Assembly (NCBI GenBank): GCA_041946865.1 | Contig: JBHGBF010000015.1 | Coordinates: 1,371 to 65,370, forward strand | Reading direction: 5' to 3' | Source: Acidobacteriota bacterium | GTDB lineage: Bacteria > Acidobacteriota > UBA6911 > RPQK01 | Length of the DNA stretch: 64,000 bases | Shown: in pieces, positions 37,143 to 46,149 of the stretch | Numbering within the stretch: the stretch's first letter is position 1 | Layout: the number at the start of each line of letters is the position of its first letter | Notes under the pieces: model-generated | The model's database searches: none | Told to the model about the DNA's origin: nothing | The model's input: only the letters and a program-made list of their open reading frames with translations | Translations under genes and position numbers: made by a program

Positions 37143-37181
37143 GTCCGAGAGACCCGCTCCCGCGAGGAAATGCGTTCGGAA

Positions 37182-37533
37182 CTCCTTCTTGGAGGACTTC
37201 GCGCATAAACCGGTTGTATAACTGCGGGAGCGTTTTGCGCGGCCTACCCCGGGTGGCAGGCCAGCAGTATCCCAACACTGAAAGGGTCGCGCATTTTGCT
37301 CGATACCAACCCTTCCAGGGTTGAAGAGCTGCGGCCCTGTTACCCCGGGGTATTCCGCGCAAAACGCCGCCTACCCTGGGCTCTGCTACGTAACCCCTTC
37401 GGGGTAAAAAAACTTCGCAGCCCCTTATTTCAGCGCTTATGCCCGTCCGGGGTTGATCCCTGATTCGATCTGACCCGTAGGCTGCGCAGAAAGCGCTTGC
37501 CTACGGCTATTCACATTTGTCCCCTTCGGGGCC
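37182..37533. repeat. cluster of related GC-hairpin repeat units in a 460-nt convergent intergenic region
   Basis: GCGTTTTGCGCGG (37230-37242) and CCGCGCAAAACGC (37355-37367) are perfect 13-nt reverse complements enclosing further hairpins (TACCCCGGGGTA, CAACCCTTCCAGGGTTG). The units CGCGCAAAACGCCGCCTACCCTGGGCTCTGCTACGTAACCCCTTCGGGGT (37356-37405) and TGCGCAGAAAGCGCTTGCCTACGGCTATTCACATTTGTCCCCTTCGGGGC (37484-37532) are about 70 percent alike by eye. Confidence 0.6.
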
Positions 37534-37602
37534 GGTTGCGGCTGTATTGCCGGCCTGCAGTATGCGGATTGGAGTCCCGACGTTCGTGATGGCTGACTGT
37601 CC

Positions 37603-38799
37603 CTACGAGACCGGCATCCTGTACTGGGGGATCTTCAGAAGCTCGCCGTCCTTCAGCGCCGACTGATGGGCGACAATGCCCGCCACGGTCATGTTGAGCG
37701 CCCAGGCGACGTCGACCAGGGGCTTACGATTCTCCAGTATGGCCGTCACGAATTCGTTCATCAGGTAGCCGTGGGAGCCTCCGTGCCCGCCCAGGTCGAC
37801 CGTTGGCGGAAGGGGGGGACGCTTGAGCGACGGGAGGTTCTTCTCCAGCCCTTCGTACTTCCCGTAGTATGTGCCCTTCTGGCCCCGGATCCGGCCCATC
37901 TCGCCGCCCAGCCCCGGCGTGTCCCAGCTGACTGCCATGCGCGCGCTGCCGCCCTCGCTCGTCCGGAAGAGAGCGATCTCGGTTCCGAACGGGTTTTGGT
38001 ACCTGTTGCCGGACGGCTTCAGGTGGTCGATATGGCTCGGCATCGCCATGCAGGAGACTTCGGTGAAACTGCCTCCACCGACTCCCACGTGGTAGGCGTT
38101 AGAGTGGGTCGGATACCATTGCGGCGGCAGACCGATCCTCCATCCCTTGAACGAGTCAATCGGCTCCGGCATGTAGTGGTAGTATTCGCCCTCCGCGTAG
38201 ACGAGCTTCCCCAGCCCGCCCGCCTTGTAGATCTCACGCATACCATGGAGATCCTCGTGGAAGCAGGAGGTTTCGAACATCATGTACTTCAACCCAGTCG
38301 TCTTCACCGCCTCGTACAGCCGGTCTGCGTCCTCGAGTGACCCGAAGACTGCCGGTACTGCGCTGCAGACGTGTTTCCCGCTCTTCAGGGCCAGAATCGC
38401 GTGCTGGGCGTGGCTTGGGGCATCGGTAGCCACGAAAACCGCCTCGATCTTCGGATCTTTCACCAGTTCTTCGAGAGAGGGGTAGGTCTTGGAGCACTTT
38501 ACGACTTTCGCCAGCTCGGCGCAACGGTCCGGTATGAGATCGCTTACCGCCGCGATCTCCACGTTCGGATGGTCCTGGAAGCTGAAGGCTGCGGCGAACT
38601 TGCAGACCCCATAGCCGACAAGCCCCACCCGGATCTTGCGATCCGAAACAGCCTTCCAGCCTTCCGACGCACTCGCGTCGCGAGCGGCCTTCTCAAACCC
38701 CTGGATCGGCTTCTCCTGGGACTGCGCCGCTGCGGACAGCACAAAGCCGCCAGCCAAGCCAGCCTTCATGAACGAACGACGGTTGGTCCACTTCTGCAT
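37603..38799 (-). CDS. Tat-exported Gfo/Idh/MocA-family oxidoreductase
   Basis: MQKWTNRRSFMKAGLAGGFVLSAAA Tat signal. Motifs are IRVGLVGYGVCKF and KHVCSAVP. ATG 38799 is preceded by AAGGAG. Confidence 0.85.
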   Translation of the reverse strand: MQKWTNRRSFMKAGLAGGFVLSAAAQSQEKPIQGFEKAARDASASEGWKAVSDRKIRVGLVGYGVCKFAAAFSFQDHPNVEIAAVSDLIPDRCAELAKVVKCSKTYPSLEELVKDPKIEAVFVATDAPSHAQHAILALKSGKHVCSAVPAVFGSLEDADRLYEAVKTTGLKYMMFETSCFHEDLHGMREIYKAGGLGKLVYAEGEYYHYMPEPIDSFKGWRIGLPPQWYPTHSNAYHVGVGGGSFTEVSCMAMPSHIDHLKPSGNRYQNPFGTEIALFRTSEGGSARMAVSWDTPGLGGEMGRIRGQKGTYYGKYEGLEKNLPSLKRPPLPPTVDLGGHGGSHGYLMNEFVTAILENRKPLVDVAWALNMTVAGIVAHQSALKDGELLKIPQYRMPVS

Positions 38800-39023
38800 G
38801 TTCGATTCTCCTTTGTCGCCGAAAAATATCACAAGCGCCAAGGGGGCATCAACCCTCTTCATGAAAACAGTTTCATTCATTCTTATGCGCGCCTCTCAGC
38901 CTTGCCTGGAGGTCATACAGGCAGTATCCTTGTAACTGTTTTCAGCCGCGTGTCGCCCGGAGTCCTCGCTTTTGCGCATGAAGGGAAGGCAGGGCGCGGA
39001 GAACGCGGAGGGAGAAGCAAGTC

Positions 39024-39643
39024 ATGCTTCGAGTCCCGGGGGATTTGTCCCGGCGTTGCTTTCTCGTGTCCCTGGCCACTGCCCGGGCTCTTGGCTCGGC
39101 GCGGGCGCCGGGCCGACCCTTTGTCCTGGCGGACGACTTCCGATCACAGAATCCGGCTTGGAAGGCGGTTTCGGGGCAGTGGACCTGGCGAGGCGGACGC
39201 CTGGAGCAGGGCGAGGTCAAACGAACAATGGCCATCCTGGAGCTCGCACGGGATGTCCCACAGCGTATAGATGTATCGGTTCGTCTGCGCTTGGAAGACG
39301 GCGTCACTTTCCGCTCGGCCGGCCTCCTGTTCGGCTACCAGGACCCTGACAATTACTGGGGCGTCTACGTGACGAGCGTGTCACAGGCGACGGAGCCTTT
39401 CGGGCCGAAGATGCAGGTTTTCCGGCGGGAGGCGGGCAAAGACCGTTATCCGCCCTGGGGCTGTGGCTCCTGCCCGGTCGCCTCGAGGCGAGCCTGGACG
39501 GGGTCAAACGCCTCGAGTCCGTGGTGGAGGACCTGCCGGGCAAACGCTTGGCGCTGTTCACCTTCGACGCCCATGCCACCTTCGATGACCTGGAGATTCG
39601 GGAGATCGTGGAGAGTTTGCCACCGCCGGGCGTCCTTCGGTGA
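39024..39643 (+). pseudogene. LamG / DUF1080-like (concanavalin-like) domain protein, frameshifted near 39450-39470
   Basis: The N-terminus has a Tat/Sec-like signal, followed by FVLADDFRSQNPAWKAVSGQWTWRGGRLEQ and AGLLFGYQDPDNYWGVYV. From about 39460 the ORF-track frame turns Arg/Trp/Ser-rich. A second open frame reads RLEASLDGVKRLESVVEDLPGKRLALFTFDAHATFDDLEIREI and ends at TGA 39641-39643, which is the expected end of such domains. Confidence 0.55.
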
Positions 39644-39722
39644 CGAAACGTTGGTGACTCCACCACAGACCTAACCGAGCCGTAACGTTTTGCAGCTACA
39701 GGCCCACTGCCGGACAACCTTG

Positions 39723-41522
39723 TCAGCTGATCGGGCCGAGATGCCGGCGTGTGTCGTCTATCGCCTTCTGCATCAGCCGGATCGTCTTGAGTGTCTTCGG
39801 GCTCGCCTTGCCCTCGGCCTGCTTAGCCTGCTGTTCGATACTCGACAGGCGATCGAGGATTTCCTTCTTCTTGCCTGCGTCCGAATTTTGGGGCGCTGCG
39901 GCCAGCATTGCCTCGCGCAAGTCCCACAAGGCCTGCCCGAGCTCCTTGGGCGCCTCCACTCCGAAGAAGCGGCGTTGGACCCGGTCCAGCATCTGATCGA
40001 CGGTCAGCGGCGCATCCCAGTTCGCCTCCCTGAGAACGAAGTGGGTGACGATTTGCGGAATGACGTTCGTGGGATAGGGAATCTGCCTGTAGAAATCGCC
40101 GCTGGCCCCCGGCTCGAACGCGGTGATCAGGCCGTACCATCCCTCGGCTGAGGCCCGGGCAGCGTCTTCGACGAGCTGGTTCAAGGGTTTGTTGTAGTAC
40201 TGCTGCCAGCGCATCGCCCGGGGAGTGAAGTATGCGGCTGGCAGGTCTTTTCCGTAGTCGCTCGGGAACGTCCAGCTGTTGCGCGCCTCCATCCACTCGA
40301 ACCGGGGATCCCGCATCTGCCTGATCACCGAGTAGTAGGCCGGGTCTTTCCGGTGCTCGTCGTACCCGATCGTGTAACAGAAGCGGGCCTTCGGGTGGCG
40401 GGTCCAGATGCTTGCGGCGATCTCCTGAAGGAGCGAGAGCTGCGCCTGGCCAAAGTAAGTGCTCCCCGCCTCGTCGACGACCCGGGAGCAGCGCTCGCAC
40501 GCGCAACCGCCCCACTCGTCGGCCGACTCGATAAAGACGCCGTCCGCTTCAGACAGGGCGTCGAACATCTCCGTGTAGTATTCGATCAAGGCGTTCCGGG
40601 ACTTGGGGTGGGAAGGACAAAGGGAGTACTTCCCCTCGTAGCCGGCGCCCGGCGCTCGGGTCTTCGTCGTTCCCGGCTCCTGGTTGGTGAGGAATCGGGT
40701 CCCCACCCAGCCGCCCAGCGCGCCGCCGATGTAGAACATCAGCCCGCGTTCGCGGGCGGACCGAATCAGGCGTTGCTGGTCTTCGACGGTCCCGATCCGG
40801 CTTTTCTCGGTCGTGTCATAGGTGTCGTCCTTCACTTTGTACGTCTGCGGATACTTCTTGCTCGGGAAGTGGCCCGAGAGCCAAAAGTAGACGCGGTCGA
40901 AACCATCGCGGGCAAAGCTGTCGAAGCAGGTTTCCCAGTCAGCCGGGGTATATTCGGCCTCGTTCCCCCAGATTGTGAGCAGATAGATCGGGCGGCCACC
41001 GCTCTGAGGCGAGCGGAGCACCGTTCGGGCATCCAGCTGCAGGTTCTCTTTTGGACCGTCCAAGAGGAAGTCCCGCACGTACTGGGCGCCGTTGAAGACG
41101 CCGCGGTTGGTCCTGCCCACAACAAAAAAGGCGACTCGGCCGTCGAATTCGCCGGGCTGGCAGGCAAAGCCCCCTTCGCCGAGCAGTTGGGCTTGGTCGA
41201 ACGGCTGCCGACTAGTCCTTGCAGGCAGATTCAGGGCGGCGCCGGCCTCGGCCAGCACCAGGACGGAGCCCGACGGGAGAGAGGCGCGCGCGGATTTCCA
41301 GTCGATGACTCTGATGGCGGCGCCCGTCCAACCTTGGATGACTGACCGCAGATTCTCCGCGGCGCTCGTCGTCAGCCAGTCACTCTTCTGCGTGGCGAGA
41401 AGGATCGAGGCCCTGGCCTGCCCGTCGCGGACGATTTCCAGACCGCTCGCCCTAAGCGCGGCTTCCCCCAGAGCGAAGGGAACCAGGAAAGCGAGGACCA
41501 CACGCAAGTTAGTCTTTTTCAT
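39723..41522 (-). CDS. hypothetical secreted protein, glycoside-hydrolase-like
   Basis: Signal peptide MKKTNLRVVLAFLVPFALGEA. The N-terminal domain with GEGGFACQP...FFVVGRTNRGVFNGAQYVRDFLL resembles the GH20b/GH67N-type alpha/beta domain. It is followed by a TIM-barrel-sized region. The family is not recognised. Confidence 0.5.
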   Translation of the reverse strand: MKKTNLRVVLAFLVPFALGEAALRASGLEIVRDGQARASILLATQKSDWLTTSAAENLRSVIQGWTGAAIRVIDWKSARASLPSGSVLVLAEAGAALNLPARTSRQPFDQAQLLGEGGFACQPGEFDGRVAFFVVGRTNRGVFNGAQYVRDFLLDGPKENLQLDARTVLRSPQSGGRPIYLLTIWGNEAEYTPADWETCFDSFARDGFDRVYFWLSGHFPSKKYPQTYKVKDDTYDTTEKSRIGTVEDQQRLIRSARERGLMFYIGGALGGWVGTRFLTNQEPGTTKTRAPGAGYEGKYSLCPSHPKSRNALIEYYTEMFDALSEADGVFIESADEWGGCACERCSRVVDEAGSTYFGQAQLSLLQEIAASIWTRHPKARFCYTIGYDEHRKDPAYYSVIRQMRDPRFEWMEARNSWTFPSDYGKDLPAAYFTPRAMRWQQYYNKPLNQLVEDAARASAEGWYGLITAFEPGASGDFYRQIPYPTNVIPQIVTHFVLREANWDAPLTVDQMLDRVQRRFFGVEAPKELGQALWDLREAMLAAAPQNSDAGKKKEILDRLSSIEQQAKQAEGKASPKTLKTIRLMQKAIDDTRRHLGPIS

Positions 41523-41592
41523 CTTCCTTACCTCAATGACAACTGCTGAAGGCAGAAGGACAGCGTGTCCGATACACGAACAACCCCGGCGC

Positions 41593-43869
41593 TCACTTCA
41601 CTCCCGCCCGACGCGCCCAGAGATCTTCGGCGGTCATTTCTCCTTTCAGGTTGCGCTCGAATTTCTCGCGGATTCCGGCCGCCTGTTGCAGGATCCGGCG
41701 GCCCTTTTCCCGCCGGTCCTCAGGGAGACTGTCGATTCCACTGACGCCTGAGGATAACACCTGGTCGTGAAACCGCAGATCCTCGAGCAAGGTCGGGACG
41801 TTGTCCATGAAAAAGGGCTTTAGCCCCCGGTAGTAGACGTCTGGCTGCAGCCCGGCCAGACCTTCGTCTTCGACCATCTCGGCGTGAATGGCGCCTAGCG
41901 TGGCCATTGCCTGCTCCATGCCTTTGCGCGGGTCCTTACATGCCGGATCGTACGCCCGGATATGGAGGTTCGTGAAATTGTAGAGGATTTCCACCAGCTG
42001 CTGGGCGGCCCGGGCGTAATAGGACAGTGCGAGGTATCTCGGCAGGAGCTCCTTGTAATCTGCGCCCTGGAACTCTTTCCGATGCAGTTTCAGGAACCGA
42101 ACCATTTCAGCGCTCTTCGCCACGGCCGCCTGTTTCTCAGCGCGCATCTGGCTGATCGGGATGGCCCGCTCACGGCAGGCGGCGCTGAAAGGATGCGCGT
42201 ACAGGGGTGTCCCGGGCGGTTGAAAATATTCGATCAGCTGGCCCCAGTCGGGTCGCATCAACCAGTTCAGGTCCTTCGGGAAGCCGTACTGAAACCAGAA
42301 CGTTGCGTTCCGGTTGTCGAAGTAGAAGACCTGGTTGATCACTTCCTGCGTGGAGCGCAGCAGCTGTGAGGCGGAAGCGGCCGCCTCCGGTCCGAACCGT
42401 CGGCGCAGCCAGCGGTCCCAGATGGCATCGACCGGCTCCTTCGGATTCCACAGCAGCCGGCTGAGCAGTTCCATGTTGATACCACCGCCGAGGCTGTTGA
42501 TCGGCGAATAGTGCGGCCGGTAGATGTACCACATAGCCCCACCTCCCCGCAGGCCGGCGTTCACACCGCCCATGGTGTGTCGCACGACGAAGTGATCCAG
42601 GATGTTCGGCAGCCACGGAAAGTCCTGCATCATCTCCATGTGGATGTCGTGGTCGCACATCCCGTCGCCGGCCTGTTTCACGCGCTCAAACGGGTAGCTG
42701 GGGAATTTGTCTGAGAAGACCTGCTCGTACTCGGTGCTCTCCGCCCGCAGCCGCAACCCGCCCGGTCGGCTGCGTGCGATGTCGATCAACGTGGAGACGA
42801 ACACGGGGCCGCTGCCGTGCAGATCCCAGTAGCATCTTTTCCCGTACCGCGCGCACACCTCTTCCACCGTCTCGACCATTCGCCGCGTCCAGGCCTTGCG
42901 ATCCTCCGGGCTGCCCTTCGACGCGACATGGCCGATGTTGAAGGCCGACATCTCGTCGGAAGTAGCGGTGATGCCGGCGAGGCCCGGATAGCGGTCGAAA
43001 AGCTCCTCGAGCTGATCCCTGATGAAATCGTAAACGGCCGGCGAGCTCCAGTCGGGCGCCTTACCGTCGGGAAACAGCTCCGGGAAGTCCGCAGGGAAGT
43101 TTTTCGCGCTATCGAAGTAGTGTCCGCCCAACTGGTCCACCCGAACGTAACTCAGGATCTGAAATTTCAACGAAAGGTCGATCCCGTAGGCCTTTGCCTG
43201 CTCGAGCAGGCGCGGAAAGGACTTGCTAACGTGGATGAAGTCGGGCGCCTTCTCGATCATCTCCTTGATTTTCGGATGCTTTCGGTACGTGATCGGAAGC
43301 GTCAGGTAGGTCCCAAACCAGGCCCGGCTGTCCGGCCCAACCCGGTCGGGCTGGTGGTACGCGCTGTAGAGCAGCAGAGCATTCATGCGCCAGCGCGGCA
43401 TGTGACGCAGCAGGCGCAGGTAGAAATCATGGTCGTTGGAGCAGGCGACAATCTGCCGGTAGGTTGAGTAGGGGGCTTCCCTGACCTGCAATCCGTCGAT
43501 CGGCTCGCTGTATCGGATGCGGTCGGCCAGGTCGTAGGCAGCATACACGGCGCTGCGAAGATCCTGTCCGACAGCCTCCACCGCTGTGGCGCCTCCTTCC
43601 TTGCGCGAGCTGATCGTGTAACTCTCCGGGCCCAGGGCGGTCTGTCCCACGCCGAGCCGGACGGTGAGAGGAGAGTCCTCGCGCCCGGAGAGTTCCACCC
43701 GTTCGTCGACCGCCTGCAGAAGATGCTTTTCGAGCGCCTGGGCCGTTTGCTTGAGCTCGGGCGGAAGCTCGACGCGAACCTGGCGGCTGGGAGGCGCCGA
43801 ATAAGTCGCGAGCATCGAAATCGCGCAGATGAGAATCAGGATCTGGAGTTGAAGTCTCCCCCTGTTCAT
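41593..43869 (-). CDS. hypothetical secreted protein, glycoside-hydrolase-like
   Basis: Signal peptide MNRGRLQLQILILICAISMLA, with the start placed at ATG 43869. The N-terminal block ESYTISS...AVEAVGQDLRSAVYAAYDLADRI is like GH20b/GH67N domains. The rest is large and unassigned. Confidence 0.5.
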   Translation of the reverse strand: MNRGRLQLQILILICAISMLATYSAPPSRQVRVELPPELKQTAQALEKHLLQAVDERVELSGREDSPLTVRLGVGQTALGPESYTISSRKEGGATAVEAVGQDLRSAVYAAYDLADRIRYSEPIDGLQVREAPYSTYRQIVACSNDHDFYLRLLRHMPRWRMNALLLYSAYHQPDRVGPDSRAWFGTYLTLPITYRKHPKIKEMIEKAPDFIHVSKSFPRLLEQAKAYGIDLSLKFQILSYVRVDQLGGHYFDSAKNFPADFPELFPDGKAPDWSSPAVYDFIRDQLEELFDRYPGLAGITATSDEMSAFNIGHVASKGSPEDRKAWTRRMVETVEEVCARYGKRCYWDLHGSGPVFVSTLIDIARSRPGGLRLRAESTEYEQVFSDKFPSYPFERVKQAGDGMCDHDIHMEMMQDFPWLPNILDHFVVRHTMGGVNAGLRGGGAMWYIYRPHYSPINSLGGGINMELLSRLLWNPKEPVDAIWDRWLRRRFGPEAAASASQLLRSTQEVINQVFYFDNRNATFWFQYGFPKDLNWLMRPDWGQLIEYFQPPGTPLYAHPFSAACRERAIPISQMRAEKQAAVAKSAEMVRFLKLHRKEFQGADYKELLPRYLALSYYARAAQQLVEILYNFTNLHIRAYDPACKDPRKGMEQAMATLGAIHAEMVEDEGLAGLQPDVYYRGLKPFFMDNVPTLLEDLRFHDQVLSSGVSGIDSLPEDRREKGRRILQQAAGIREKFERNLKGEMTAEDLWARRAGVK

Positions 43870-43883
43870 ACCGTGCCTCCGTT

Positions 43884-44957
43884 TCAATTCCCGGTCTCGA
43901 GCTTTTCGGGCTGGACAAACCGGTGCTTGACGGCCGACCGTACCGCGGCAAAACAGGCGGCGGCGGTGTTGTAGCCGCTCACGTGATCATTAGCGGGCCT
44001 TCGGTCCAGCCGAACGTCGTCGATAAAGGAGTCGATGCACAGATTCCAAGGTTCGGCAATGCCTCCCTGCACGTTGTCAGGGATCCAAGAGCCCGGCAGC
44101 TGGATGCAGTCCCCCTCGTGCCCGGGGTCGCAGAAGCGGGGAATCGAATCGAACCAGACGCGGTTGTTATCCAGTGTCCCTTTTGTCCCGAACAGCCGCA
44201 GGGTGAACGTGAAGGGGGTGATCGGGCCCAGGAACATGAGCAGACGCGCCAGCGCTCCGGACTCGAAACGCAGGATGATCGCCGCGATATCCTCGGTTTC
44301 CAGCGCGATCTTGCGCGGCATGCGCACGTCCTTGAAACAGCCGACCTCGGCCACCTCCCCGCAGTAGTAGCGCAACAGGTCGACGCTGTGCCCGGCGCCT
44401 GCATGGATCAGGGAGCCGGCGACGCTCTCCTTCCCCAGCCATTCCCAGATGTCCCAGTCCCCGGGGATGTAATGCACGTAGTCTGATTCGGCGAACACGA
44501 TCTCGCCCAGTTTCCCTTCCCCTTGCAGCTGCTTTGCATACTGGTAGAGAGGATTGAAGCGCCGATGGTAACCCATCGCGCACTTCACACCGGCCCGGGA
44601 AATCGCCTGCGCCACCCTGCGGCAGTCCCCCACGTTGATCGCCATCGGCTTCTCAAGATAGATGTGTTTGCCGGCTTCGGCGGCCGCTACAGCTTGCTCC
44701 GCGTGCAACGCGTTGGGTGACGCCACGATGACGGCGTCGATGTCAGGGTCCTGCAGCAGCTGCTGGTAGTCGCCCGATACCCTGGCGGAGAGTCCGCATT
44801 CCCGGACAAACGCAGCCGCCTTTTCAGGCCTGGTGTCGGCGACGGCCACCAACTCCGCCCCTGAATTCCTGGCCACATTGGCCCCGTGATGTGAGCCTAT
44901 CCAGCCGGCTCCTATCAGTCCGAACTTCACCTTGCGCGTGGCAGTTTCCATCGTCAT
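43884..44957 (-). CDS. Gfo/Idh/MocA-family oxidoreductase (cytoplasmic)
   Basis: VKFGLIGAGWIGSHH Rossmann motif and KHIYLEKPM. It is the first gene of a minus-strand operon that also contains 41593..43869 and 39723..41522. Confidence 0.85.
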   Translation of the reverse strand: MTMETATRKVKFGLIGAGWIGSHHGANVARNSGAELVAVADTRPEKAAAFVRECGLSARVSGDYQQLLQDPDIDAVIVASPNALHAEQAVAAAEAGKHIYLEKPMAINVGDCRRVAQAISRAGVKCAMGYHRRFNPLYQYAKQLQGEGKLGEIVFAESDYVHYIPGDWDIWEWLGKESVAGSLIHAGAGHSVDLLRYYCGEVAEVGCFKDVRMPRKIALETEDIAAIILRFESGALARLLMFLGPITPFTFTLRLFGTKGTLDNNRVWFDSIPRFCDPGHEGDCIQLPGSWIPDNVQGGIAEPWNLCIDSFIDDVRLDRRPANDHVSGYNTAAACFAAVRSAVKHRFVQPEKLETGN

Positions 44958-45003
44958 GGCGAGGGTGCCCTCCCGGTGACAACGTTACCCCAGCGGACCG
45001 CGA

Positions 45004-45045
45004 AACGCTTTTCGTTCTTTTCGAAATGCTTTTGCTTATTTTTGG
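45004..45045 (-). promoter_or_regulatory. conserved 42-nt block (copy 1), candidate operator/promoter element
   Basis: AACGCTTTTCGTTCTTTTCGAAATGCTTTTGCTTATTTTTGG lies 47-88 nt upstream of ATG 44957. It differs from the block at 48571-48611 by 4 substitutions and one 1-nt indel, and it overlaps the AraC stop codon. Confidence 0.5.
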
Positions 45046-45950
45046 CTCAGTGCGAGCGGTCGATAAGATTCGTTGGTGGCAGAGCAGGCCCGGTACTGAG
45101 AAGGGGAGCAGCCGACGAGCTTCCGGAAGACGCGGTTGAAGTGGGAGATGTTGTTGAAACCCACGGAGCAGGCAATTTCGGTAATCGAATGCTCCGTGGT
45201 TCGGAGCAACTTGGCGCTCTCGGCGATGCGAACCTGCTGGAGGTACTCCGAGAAGCAGGCGGTGGTTGTTTGTCGGAACACGTGGCTGAAATACGCCGGT
45301 GAGAGGTAGGCCCGTCGGGCCACGTCACCCAAACGTAACGGTTCCCGAAAATGGACCCGGATGTACTCCTTGGCCCTGTCGATCTCGACGCGCTCGCCCG
45401 GAGCGGCGGCGTTCAGCCGACTGCCGACCTCACAGAAGTAGTTGCTGAAGAAAGACAGCAACTTCAGCGTCTGATCCAGCTTCTCCGGGGTCAGGAAGAG
45501 TGTCTGGAAGTAAAGGGGGCGCAGCGCCTCCGGGTCCAGGCCCAGGGCGTCGAGACGGCGTAAGAGCGCCTGGAAGCCCTCGTCGGATGGCGGGTGGCTC
45601 AGCACCTGCCCACCGTTGATCGTCGCCATGTGAACGCCTTCGACAAAGACCGGGACCACGAGGTCGACGAGCCCGGCGTGGCATTCGTACGCGAAACCTG
45701 TCTCCCGCTTCGAGGCTTGCTCGAGATGGCGCAGGTCGCAGGCGTCGCAGGCCCTCTTGCCTTCGGCCGTGGCCTGGATTGCCGCGCAGAGCGGGTTGTC
45801 CTGGGGCGGACTAACCGGGAACTTGCACTGTTTTGGGTTGGACGCGTTCACCAGGCAGATTCGGACTCCCGTGAGCGCGGAAACGATCGCGCAGAAGTCC
45901 TGAAATACAGTGGAGTTCGCCAGGTCTTCGAAATCGGTTTGAAGTTTCAA
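45036..45950 (-). CDS. AraC-family transcriptional regulator with N-terminal PocR sensor domain
   Basis: PocR-like region: CAAIQATAEGKRACDACDLRHLE...YECHAGLVDLVVPVFVEGVHMATINGGQV. C-terminal AraC HTH: LSPAYFSHVFRQTT...ITEIACSVGFNNISHFNRVFRKLVGCSPSQYR. TTG start. Confidence 0.8.
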   Translation of the reverse strand: MKLQTDFEDLANSTVFQDFCAIVSALTGVRICLVNASNPKQCKFPVSPPQDNPLCAAIQATAEGKRACDACDLRHLEQASKRETGFAYECHAGLVDLVVPVFVEGVHMATINGGQVLSHPPSDEGFQALLRRLDALGLDPEALRPLYFQTLFLTPEKLDQTLKLLSFFSNYFCEVGSRLNAAAPGERVEIDRAKEYIRVHFREPLRLGDVARRAYLSPAYFSHVFRQTTTACFSEYLQQVRIAESAKLLRTTEHSITEIACSVGFNNISHFNRVFRKLVGCSPSQYRACSATNESYRPLALSQK

Positions 45951-46016
45951 GACTGCCCCCGGGAACCTCCCCGGAAGAATACCAGACTGCTTTCGTCTTG
46001 AGAAGTGTAACCGGTT

Positions 46017-46148
46017 TCAGCGGGCAGCGATCAGCGGGCAGCGGTCCGCTGACCGCTGATGCTCGCCGTGGGCAAGCGTTGGGGACGCCACGGTAACTTC
46101 TGATCGCTGCCCGCTGATCGCTGCCCGCCGCCCGCTGATAGCTGATGG
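46017..46148. repeat. REP-like palindrome, same family as 15027-15138
   Basis: GCGGGCAGCGATCAGCGGGCAGCG (46020-46043) pairs perfectly (24 bp) with CGCTGCCCGCTGATCGCTGCCCGC (46105-46128). The tail CTGCCCGCCGCCCGCT recurs at 63215-63230. It abuts the stop of the minus-strand gene at 46150. Confidence 0.8.
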
Positions 46149-46149
46149 C

